Part shown: piece after piece, positions 56,083 to 64,000 of the stretch
Numbering within the stretch: position 1 is the stretch's first letter
Layout of the letters: every line of letters starts with the position of its first letter
NCBI GenBank assembly: GCA_020353515.1
Contig: CP070695.1
Coordinates: 2,706,155 to 2,770,154 of the forward strand
Direction of reading: 5' to 3'
Source: Candidatus Heimdallarchaeota archaeon
GTDB lineage: Archaea; Asgardarchaeota; Heimdallarchaeia; Hodarchaeales; Hodarchaeaceae
DNA: 64,000 bases
Translations under genes and position numbers: made by a program
Notes under the pieces: model-generated
The model's database searches: none
Told to the model about the DNA's origin: nothing
The model's input: the letters and a program-made list of their open reading frames with translations, nothing else

Positions 56083-58145
56083 TTCGTAAGGAGAGATCGT
56101 AAATCAATTAGAACCTTATCAACTTCATTATTCACCTTACGAAGCTGTTTATCGTAATTAATTTTCAGTTTTGCGTACGCGTCCTTTCCAATTCTCCCTT
56201 GAGTTTTTTTCCGTTCAAGTGATTCAATGTTTATGAGAATGTCTTCACGATTAGCTTCTGCTACCTCAATCGATCTCATAGATATTCTGTATCGTGGTCC
56301 TTCTTCTGCTAATTTCTTTGATATTGATACAATTGATCGGTCGATTCCTTGTTGTCGATTTCTCAAAATTATTCGGGTCTGTTCATACTCTCGCGCACTA
56401 ATATTCCTTGATTTCCGTTTTCGATCAAGTCTTAATATTTGTTCTCGAATAGCTGTTTTTTCTTCATAAGTTTTAACAAAATCCTTAATTAGATCCAAAG
56501 GAATTTCTTCTATAGCAATTTTCTTTCCTCTAAAACCAAAAGAAAGATTTCTCACAAATATATAGCTCAATCCTATTAGTAAAAAGAAGATACTGAGAGA
56601 AAGTGGGACTTGGACAAAATTAGATAGAGGAATATTAAACTCAACACTCAAGTAATGATTGCTTAGGGGGGTTAGATTTTCAAAACCGAGTGCCAATCCC
56701 TTTTTATCAAAAAGGCTAAGAAGGGTTCTTTCTCGAATGGAGGAATTATAGTTAGATTCTCTTGAAGTACTTGTTTCAATTCCATTGGTAATTCTAGTTA
56801 TATTGTATCTTGAACCAGATGGTAGTAAGAGAGCCCATTCAAATTTTTGAACAGTCCAATTAAAACTCAATGATAAAGGTATTTGTAATTGTACTTTCCC
56901 ACCTCCTAAGTCCTTCATGATATCGGCAACTCGTTCTCGATAAGATATATGCATGTCATATTTTTCATGTTGCTCTATTTGGACTCTTGGGGTGATTTCG
57001 ACGAGTTTTCTGTTGACTACGGGATCAGAAGATACTGATGGTGTAAGATTCCCATAATTATCTCGAAATCCAATCTTTTGAGCACTTTCGGGCAGATAAA
57101 AACTGATCTTAGGAAATGTAGGACCTCCAAGGGCTGTCGAAAGACTTGATCCTGACTTTATACCAATATTTTGGAGCTCAATTTCATAAGTAGTAGTTAC
57201 AAATCCCCATTCTGAGACGGTAACTACTGATTTTAGCTCGGTAAACTCAATTTTTGTGTTTACATTCTGGTAGTATTCAAATGAGAGATATGACGTGAAA
57301 TTTGTTCTAAGAGTAGGGATGTATGCTGGAATAAACTCTCGATTTTCGAGAGATGTTAGGTTATACCCTCCATATTCAGAATTGCTTAAGACTCGTCTAT
57401 CAATGGTTGAAAGTCCAGTTACATTCCTGAAGATCAGACCATATGTTGTATTTCCTGAAAAATCACCTTGAAAATAATCACTTGTTGGTTGAATAGACTC
57501 ATTTTTCACTCTAACATTAGTATCTTGGCCTAATTTCCATTCGAGTTCATAAGAAGTAATTGGCATAGAGAGTAACGGGAGAAAACTGAGATTAAATTGA
57601 TATGGATGGGCTGATTCTTCCAATTTAGCTCCTTCATCAAATGTTACTGCATTTGGATGATCCATCTCGATAATTATTGATACACTTTGGTTCTCCTCAA
57701 CTGAAGGAGTTTGGATAACTAATAAAACCGAATTGTTTTCCTCTAGTTGAGCTAAAACCATCGAATCTGAGTCTGTCTTATTCGGAGAAAAAATCCGCCA
57801 AAATTTGGTATCCTCAAATTCATGAGACGGAATTGTATAATTAAAGGCATCAATAGGCTGTGATGCGTAGTTATAAAGGTTGATTTCTGTCCGAGAGGTT
57901 GTATAACCATATTCATTCGCTGTGATTACACGACTAACATTTATTTGATGACTTTTGTTGGTAAACGTAGAAACATCTAAAAAATTGAGGGAATCAAAAT
58001 CAATCTGTTCTATACCATCTTGGTAGAGATTCCTAGTTATCATTGAGGATCCATGGTCAATCTTGTAATTTATTGTTACAAAGAGGGATGAAACTATCAT
58101 AACAATGAGAAAAATATTCAAGCTTGAATCAAGTTTCTTTTTCAT
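56079..58145 (-). CDS. Ribophorin I (OST1/RPN1) homolog
   Basis: N-terminal signal; two beta-rich lumenal domains with VTVSEWGFVTTTYEIELQNIG and RDNYGNL/EITPR; one TM; C-terminal helical bundle. Confidence 0.8.
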   Translation of the reverse strand: MKKKLDSSLNIFLIVMIVSSLFVTINYKIDHGSSMITRNLYQDGIEQIDFDSLNFLDVSTFTNKSHQINVSRVITANEYGYTTSRTEINLYNYASQPIDAFNYTIPSHEFEDTKFWRIFSPNKTDSDSMVLAQLEENNSVLLVIQTPSVEENQSVSIIIEMDHPNAVTFDEGAKLEESAHPYQFNLSFLPLLSMPITSYELEWKLGQDTNVRVKNESIQPTSDYFQGDFSGNTTYGLIFRNVTGLSTIDRRVLSNSEYGGYNLTSLENREFIPAYIPTLRTNFTSYLSFEYYQNVNTKIEFTELKSVVTVSEWGFVTTTYEIELQNIGIKSGSSLSTALGGPTFPKISFYLPESAQKIGFRDNYGNLTPSVSSDPVVNRKLVEITPRVQIEQHEKYDMHISYRERVADIMKDLGGGKVQLQIPLSLSFNWTVQKFEWALLLPSGSRYNITRITNGIETSTSRESNYNSSIRERTLLSLFDKKGLALGFENLTPLSNHYLSVEFNIPLSNFVQVPLSLSIFFLLIGLSYIFVRNLSFGFRGKKIAIEEIPLDLIKDFVKTYEEKTAIREQILRLDRKRKSRNISAREYEQTRIILRNRQQGIDRSIVSISKKLAEEGPRYRISMRSIEVAEANREDILINIESLERKKTQGRIGKDAYAKLKINYDKQLRKVNNEVDKVLIDLRSLLTK

Positions 58146-58699
58146 ATGTAAATGCTCCTATGGTCTGCCTTTATTACGTCTAGCACTGTTAGCGGTGACT
58201 AAAAGATGGATATTCTGATAATCCACCTAAACATGCATATTATGACTGACACGGTCTCGTTTTGCACAGTATAAAATATTTTATCTTTTCTTGTAAAACT
58301 CTACCCAATGAATAACAATATTTAAACAGTTGCATTAAGTCATCATTCGTTTTTCTTGATATGAATTTCCTAAAATATGCTTTAGATACTCAAATCTTGA
58401 ATCAAAAGTTAATAATTCAAATCATTTTAAAAAAATATCATTATGTATGTCTTAATTCAATACTTTTTAATTCTAAATGTATGATTTCATTAGTTATACT
58501 CAGTTAATTACCCATTTAAGATCAAAACACATATCTCAGAAAACTTAGAAAAATTGGATAGAGACTAAATCAATAAAAGAAGAAAACAAAGTTGATCATA
58601 CAAAGAAAGCAGCGTATTAATCTCCAGAAGATCGAATATTAAGATAAATCTGAGTTCCTATGCTTTAGTAACAATCATTTAGTATCCGAGGTACGTTAA

Positions 58700-60217
58700 A
58701 TGACATCTAGGTTTCTTCAAGCTATTCGACCGTTCATGTCAATAACTCCAGAAGTCGTCAAACCGACTCGTGAGGTTCACTTCAATGAAAAAGTAGTGTG
58801 GACTTTTGCTGCTTTGGTTATTTATTTTGTAATGGCATCTACTCCGATAATTGGAGCTCAACATGAAGGAGCTGACCCTTTTGCTTTTATGCGTACTATT
58901 ACTGCCTCAACTCAAGGATCACTAGCAGAGCTTGGAATTGGCCCGATAGTAACAGCAGGACTCATTATGCAAATTTTAGTAGGATCTAAAATTATTTCTG
59001 TTAATATGGGAGACCCTGAGGAAAGATCTCTCTATACAGGGGCGCAAAAGGTCATGTCAGTTGCAATGACAATTATTGAAGCAGCTGCATTCTTGATTGG
59101 GGGAACTTATGGAACGAACCTTGATCTTCAGACTCAACTGGCGATCATTGCTCAACTATTAGCAGCAGGTATTATCATCATCCTTCTTGATGAGATGATT
59201 CAGAAAGGTTGGGGATTAGGATCGGGTATTTCTTTGTTCATTGCGGGAGGTGTTGGATTGCAAATTTTTCAAGGATTATTCGCGGCACAGTCCTTTTTGG
59301 AGGGACCAGAACCTGGTGTAACTTCAATGAGAGGAATTGCTCTTGCATTTCTTGCCTGGACAACACGACGAGGTCCCATTGAGGCAATTGGAGCATTATT
59401 TTTCCGTTATAGCCCTGCCGAGAATGTCAATTTACCTTCCCTCTCTCTCCTTTCTGTGATAGCTACTGTAGTTGTGTTCATCATTGTGATATATTTTGAA
59501 TCAATGCGGATTGAAATTCCAATTTCATACGCCCAATACAAAGGAATTCGTTCCACTTATCCGATTAAACTACTCTACGTGTCGAATATTCCTGTCATTT
59601 TAACTTCAGCTGTTTTTGCAGATATTTACTTCATTGCTCAGATGGTTTGGAATGCAAGCGGTGGAACTGGGACATCAAATCCTCTGGCTTTGTTTTTGGG
59701 AACCTTCAGTGTTGATGAAACGTCTCAGCAATATGTCCCTGAAGGTGGCCTTGTATATTTCTTAACTCCACCTCGGTCGCTTGTTGGAGATTTCGGGGTT
59801 CTTAATCTTAGTAGGGGGTTAGAAAGCCTTATGCCCTCCTTATTTCGCGCATTAATTTATGCTATTATCCTGATTGTGCTTTCAGTTATCTTCTCAGTGA
59901 TGTGGTTAGAAACTGCAGGAATGGGCCCTCGGGATGTTGCTAGTCAATTTCTGCAATCAGGAATGCAGATGCCAGGATGGCGACGAAGTAAAAAGATTGT
60001 TGAACGTAGATTAGAAATGTATATTCCTACAATAGCGGTCATAGGTGGATTGTTCATAGGTTCTCTTGCTGCTTTTGCAGATTTCCTAGGAGCAATAGGT
60101 TCTGGAATGGGTATTCTACTCTCGGTCAGTATTATGAGGCAATATTTTGAACTGATAAGCAAGGAAAGAGTCGCAGAGATGAATCCTGCTTTACGTGGTT
60201 TCTTAGGAATAAAATAG
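58700..60217 (+). CDS. secY: Translocon subunit SecY/Sec61-alpha
   Basis: ELGIGPIVTAG, KGWGLGSGISLFI, YPIKLLYVSNIP, GSGMGILL. Confidence 0.98.
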   Translation: MTSRFLQAIRPFMSITPEVVKPTREVHFNEKVVWTFAALVIYFVMASTPIIGAQHEGADPFAFMRTITASTQGSLAELGIGPIVTAGLIMQILVGSKIISVNMGDPEERSLYTGAQKVMSVAMTIIEAAAFLIGGTYGTNLDLQTQLAIIAQLLAAGIIIILLDEMIQKGWGLGSGISLFIAGGVGLQIFQGLFAAQSFLEGPEPGVTSMRGIALAFLAWTTRRGPIEAIGALFFRYSPAENVNLPSLSLLSVIATVVVFIIVIYFESMRIEIPISYAQYKGIRSTYPIKLLYVSNIPVILTSAVFADIYFIAQMVWNASGGTGTSNPLALFLGTFSVDETSQQYVPEGGLVYFLTPPRSLVGDFGVLNLSRGLESLMPSLFRALIYAIILIVLSVIFSVMWLETAGMGPRDVASQFLQSGMQMPGWRRSKKIVERRLEMYIPTIAVIGGLFIGSLAAFADFLGAIGSGMGILLSVSIMRQYFELISKERVAEMNPALRGFLGIK

Positions 60218-60247
60218 ATTTTTATAAATGCGTTTCGATGTTTTTGT

Positions 60248-61027
60248 CTAGTTATCATTTAGATGAATCTGAATCCGATCTCCTGGAGAAATATCTAAAA
60301 TATCCGAGGCTTTTCCACCACGTAGAGCTATTTCTAAGGTATTGAAACTATTTGCTAGAAGAAAGGGATTTTTATCGGATCCTTCAAAATAACTTCGTCT
60401 AAAACTCACAATTATTTCAATTTGTGTTGTTGTCAGCAGATACTCCTTACTAAATTTCAGATTCATTGAAGCCGGGAGATTAGTAACAATATTTCCAAAA
60501 TGATCGATGAAAATCACTTCCCCCGAGGATGTTCTAGGATCCCAAAAAAATCGAAGGGGAGTTTGTAAGGTACTTTGTGAACCTAGATCTGTTAATAAAT
60601 AGGTCTGGCTAAGAATGCCAGCCGCAGGAGCGAATACATCCCGTCCATGAAACGTATACGAAGCATCATCAGGAATTGGAATTTCCACGATCGTTGCGTC
60701 CTCAAATTTAGAGAGGATGGGTGATAGAACACCATTATCTGGCCCAATGAAGTAATAATCCTTTATATGGGCTCCAATTGCTTTTCTGGAACCACCAACT
60801 CCAGGATCAACAACAATTAAGAAGATCGTATTGTGTGGAAAATATTTGTAAGATTTAAATAAAATAAATGCGCCTTGTCGTATATCATGGTTTTGAATAT
60901 GGTTGGTAAGTGAAATTATATTAACTGATGGATTTATTTGAAGTATCCGCCCTTTTATTACTCCTGTATAGGGATCATTACCAAAATCTGTCATTAAAAC
61001 GATGAGGGGAGGTTGATAGGGATTCAT
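60248..61027 (-). CDS. SAM hydroxide adenosyltransferase (DUF62, chlorinase/fluorinase family)
   Basis: LMTDFG, VVDPGVG..R, GPDNG, TFHGRDVFAP, IDHFGN. Confidence 0.93.
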   Translation of the reverse strand: MNPYQPPLIVLMTDFGNDPYTGVIKGRILQINPSVNIISLTNHIQNHDIRQGAFILFKSYKYFPHNTIFLIVVDPGVGGSRKAIGAHIKDYYFIGPDNGVLSPILSKFEDATIVEIPIPDDASYTFHGRDVFAPAAGILSQTYLLTDLGSQSTLQTPLRFFWDPRTSSGEVIFIDHFGNIVTNLPASMNLKFSKEYLLTTTQIEIIVSFRRSYFEGSDKNPFLLANSFNTLEIALRGGKASDILDISPGDRIQIHLNDN

Positions 61028-61103
61028 GCTATAACACTACCTTTTTCTACACTTCTTATGGAATATCTTGAAACTCTCTCTCTTAAAAACCTCTCTCCTT
61101 GAT

Positions 61104-62483
61104 TCAATTTTCCAACTTAACTGGATTTTTTGCTATTATTAATACTAAAATACCCAAAAAGCTCATTAAAAACAAAAATAACAAAGTGTCAACGAAATTA
61201 GAAGATTCTAATATTATCCCGATAAGTCCAAACCCTATTATAGAAATAATTAAATTGATCGTATTGTATAGTGATTCCTGTGAACTTCGTTTTTCAGAAG
61301 AAGTGATTTGATAGTACAATTGCCAATATAAACTGGTAGCTAAACCACTTAATATGATTTTTAAGAAAAATATGAAGATAATCAAACTTAGCTTGATTAG
61401 AGACGTGAAGTCCGCTATTAAAACTAATATGTAAGCCATCCATACAACTGGATAGTTTAGAATATAAAATACAATAATCCCCCTATAAGCAGATTTAATG
61501 AAAGAGGTCATTTTTCCTGATAAGCGACTGAAAATCGCAAAAATCACGTTTGAGAGAGAAATAGTTAAAGTTATGATTAAAAGAGATAGAGTTGTAAATT
61601 GAATAACAAAATCATTTTGATTAAAGGTTTGGTTAGATGAATAAATTTCATATAAGAGAGGAGAAAAGACCAAAGTATTAAACGATATTGCTGTGAAACT
61701 TAAAATTGAAAAACCAATAAAGAATGGGATAACAGATACATAATTTCTCCATAAATTGTTTAAGAGTGTTGGAAATCTAGATGAGCTAGGGTTTTGATTT
61801 TCACATGAATTTTTCACATCTTTACGGAAGACTTTTTTTTCATTTTTCGGCATGGAAATGAATTTTAAACCTAATATAACTCCCAATGCAGCAATAAGAG
61901 CTTGTATTAAGAAAAGAAATTGAGGTATAATCCGATATTGTTGAAGTAGGATTCCTCCAACGAATGTTGCTAATGCAACAATAATTGATTTAGCAAAACT
62001 GATATTTCCCATTATATTCCGAAATAATAATCCAAATTCAGAAGATTTTGGGGCAATGTTTTCCCATGAATTAAGAAACCATGAAATAAATGACCCTGAT
62101 ATGAGTGCAGAGTAAATTCCCACTAGAATTTCTAAAAGAATTAGGTGAATGGGATAAGCTGCAAAAATTAAACCAAGATAGTAGAACATCAAACAAAATA
62201 ATGCTCCGCAGAATGCCATTCTTTGTCCATAATGATCTGTTAAAATACCAAGGGGTACATCAAGGATTGCACCAGCCAACATACCAATTACAACAATGAT
62301 GCTAAAAGCGCTAAAAGAATCTAAAACCGAAAGATAATAAAGCGAGATCCATGAATAACTTAAATAAATTCCAGAAACTACAATCTGTAAGCTTAAAAAC
62401 TTTAAGCTTAAATTCTGTAATTCTTTCGGGAATGTTGATATCCCAAGAATTGAATGTATAAATGCGATCCATATCCCATCCAA
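61104..62483 (-). CDS. MFS-type transporter
   Basis: About 12 TM helices, DVPLGILTDHYGQR motif A-like. Confidence 0.8.
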   Translation of the reverse strand: MDGIWIAFIHSILGISTFPKELQNLSLKFLSLQIVVSGIYLSYSWISLYYLSVLDSFSAFSIIVVIGMLAGAILDVPLGILTDHYGQRMAFCGALFCLMFYYLGLIFAAYPIHLILLEILVGIYSALISGSFISWFLNSWENIAPKSSEFGLLFRNIMGNISFAKSIIVALATFVGGILLQQYRIIPQFLFLIQALIAALGVILGLKFISMPKNEKKVFRKDVKNSCENQNPSSSRFPTLLNNLWRNYVSVIPFFIGFSILSFTAISFNTLVFSPLLYEIYSSNQTFNQNDFVIQFTTLSLLIITLTISLSNVIFAIFSRLSGKMTSFIKSAYRGIIVFYILNYPVVWMAYILVLIADFTSLIKLSLIIFIFFLKIILSGLATSLYWQLYYQITSSEKRSSQESLYNTINLIISIIGFGLIGIILESSNFVDTLLFLFLMSFLGILVLIIAKNPVKLEN

Positions 62484-62484
62484 T

Positions 62485-63864
62485 CTAATATGTGGAAGAG
62501 ATCTTCTTAGCTATGCTTGTTACTGCACTGAAATTAACAATAGGAAACTTTTGGGAATTTATTTCCCCACCTGACATCACAATCAAGAAAGGGATTTCTC
62601 TGAAATGATTGGAATATTTTTCAACAAATTCCCCATACTTATCCCCGATAATCATTGATCGGTTTGCACATTCGAAAAGTAAACCAAATGAGGTATCAGG
62701 GGTGATTGTTTTTTTTAATGTCTCATCTAACATATCCTCAATCAATGTAGCGCTTTGATCACAAATAAATGCCTTATAATGGTGGGGATCTTTAGCATGT
62801 AATTTATTCACAACCTGATTAGGTGCAGTAACAAGAGCATGGTTAAGATTTGGATTCATTGATACAGCATAAGTGTTCTGATTATTCTCATCATCAATGA
62901 CACATAGAGGCCTAAAAGGGTGATAATAGAAGTATTTTCGAGTGTTTTCTTCTAGAACATCTTGGGTTTCAGTCATGTCAATGAGTTCTAAGAGGGCATC
63001 ACGGCCCCATTTTCCATTAGCTTTTGTTATGAATCCACCACCAATAGCACTATCGACTTCAAAGCTCTTTGTAGGCATGATTTTTGCACCAGAGTCAGTT
63101 CTACTTTCAAATCGTAATTCTGGAGAGCTGATTGACACATATGTTAATGAGTCTTTGTAAGCCTTATAATTACAAAACTGGTAGGTTTTCTCCAAGGTCA
63201 ATGGATCAGCGCCAAAGGTTCCTGTGTAGTGTATGCCTTTTTCATGAAGTTTTGTAAATAAAGGCCATGATGAGGAATAAGAAATGCCCATGCCAAGGAG
63301 ATTCATAAAAAACTCCATAAACGGTCCAGTTACAGAGGGGAGAAGAGAGAACTTCCTCCATACTCTACTATTTAAAGCAAAGAAGGGGTTCAAACCTTCT
63401 ATCTTATGATCCATTAAATTGGCCATGGCTTTAGGAAATCCGAGGCCAGGGGGACAGAAAATATGAGTAGTATTAGAACCATCTGTTTTACTGGCTTGTT
63501 TTATAGTCTTTTCACAGTTTTTGACTACTTTTCGTGTTTTAAGGCGATTACAAATCCGAAACCGTTTTATGACGTAACTTTTAGCTTTGATACCAGATAA
63601 AAGCATGATTCCTACTCCTTTTATCCCATAATCATCCTTTGTTGCCATTCCAACACCAGAACATCCTCCCAACGGAACTTCTAGGTACTTCTCTCGAATT
63701 GTAGCTAATGAATTATTATATACTTTAGCGCCCCCAGGGTGACAACCAGTGAAGTATAAAATCAAATCTGGTTTCTTTTGTAACCTAGATTCAGCTTGTC
63801 TCAAGGCTTTTATTGTGGCCTGCATTAAATCATGATTAATATTTATACCTACAGCAGCTTTCAC
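62485..63864 (-). CDS. FIST-domain protein
   Basis: PDLILYF, VPLGGCSG, LLFECANR, GGEI. Confidence 0.75.
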   Translation of the reverse strand: MKAAVGININHDLMQATIKALRQAESRLQKKPDLILYFTGCHPGGAKVYNNSLATIREKYLEVPLGGCSGVGMATKDDYGIKGVGIMLLSGIKAKSYVIKRFRICNRLKTRKVVKNCEKTIKQASKTDGSNTTHIFCPPGLGFPKAMANLMDHKIEGLNPFFALNSRVWRKFSLLPSVTGPFMEFFMNLLGMGISYSSSWPLFTKLHEKGIHYTGTFGADPLTLEKTYQFCNYKAYKDSLTYVSISSPELRFESRTDSGAKIMPTKSFEVDSAIGGGFITKANGKWGRDALLELIDMTETQDVLEENTRKYFYYHPFRPLCVIDDENNQNTYAVSMNPNLNHALVTAPNQVVNKLHAKDPHHYKAFICDQSATLIEDMLDETLKKTITPDTSFGLLFECANRSMIIGDKYGEFVEKYSNHFREIPFLIVMSGGEINSQKFPIVNFSAVTSIAKKISSTY

Positions 63865-64000
63865 TTCAGGACCTCCTTGACGAGAATAATTTTCCTCCTC
63901 AACCTAAGAGTCGTTTCTCGTCAATAATCCAACCCAATCGTTTTGCAGTTCGACTCATCTCAATTTCCATTAGCCCAGTATTCGCTTTTGAATCTAAGAG

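Noticed and set aside
318-63160. Numerous 60-125-aa ORFs antisense to or nested in recognised genes
   Set aside because: Shadow ORFs with no recognisable motifs
1-64000. CRISPR arrays, rRNA genes, IS elements
   Set aside because: No regularly spaced repeats, rRNA-like tracts or transposase ORFs seen

Overview
AT-rich archaeal chromosome segment, almost certainly from an Asgard archaeon and probably Heimdallarchaeia. The evidence is an RPB5-like long RpoH, eukaryote-like STT3/AglB, ribophorin I, OST48/WBP1-like and OST2/DAD1-like genes, and a longin-like protein. It is mostly core genome: mutS/mutL/radB, cdc6 with ORB-like boxes (probable origin), PolD DP1, valS, unsplit rpoB, a reshuffled ribosomal-protein/secE/spt5/ftsY block, truD, tiaS, dhs, secY and four tRNAs. 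Two of the tRNAs carry two BHB introns each. No CRISPR array, rRNA or clear mobile element was seen. Best leads: (1) a canonical -1 programmed frameshift signal (in-phase T_TTT_TTA, stop codon, 8-nt spacer, 7-bp hairpin) joining a MoxR AAA+ ORF to a vWA ORF with no early ATG, predicting both a free AAA+ protein and a ~645-aa AAA+-vWA fusion; (2) a bacterial-type AcpS/FkbH/ACP module with a deacetylase, VOC epimerase and acyltransferase next to aglB, suggesting ACP-dependent glyceroylation of surface glycans in an archaeon; (3) an unannotated double-guide box C/D sRNA aimed at two peptidyl-transferase-centre sites equivalent to eukaryotic snR38 and SNORD49 targets; (4) OST subunit genes clustered near secY. 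All family assignments come from motif recognition by eye; no searches were run.
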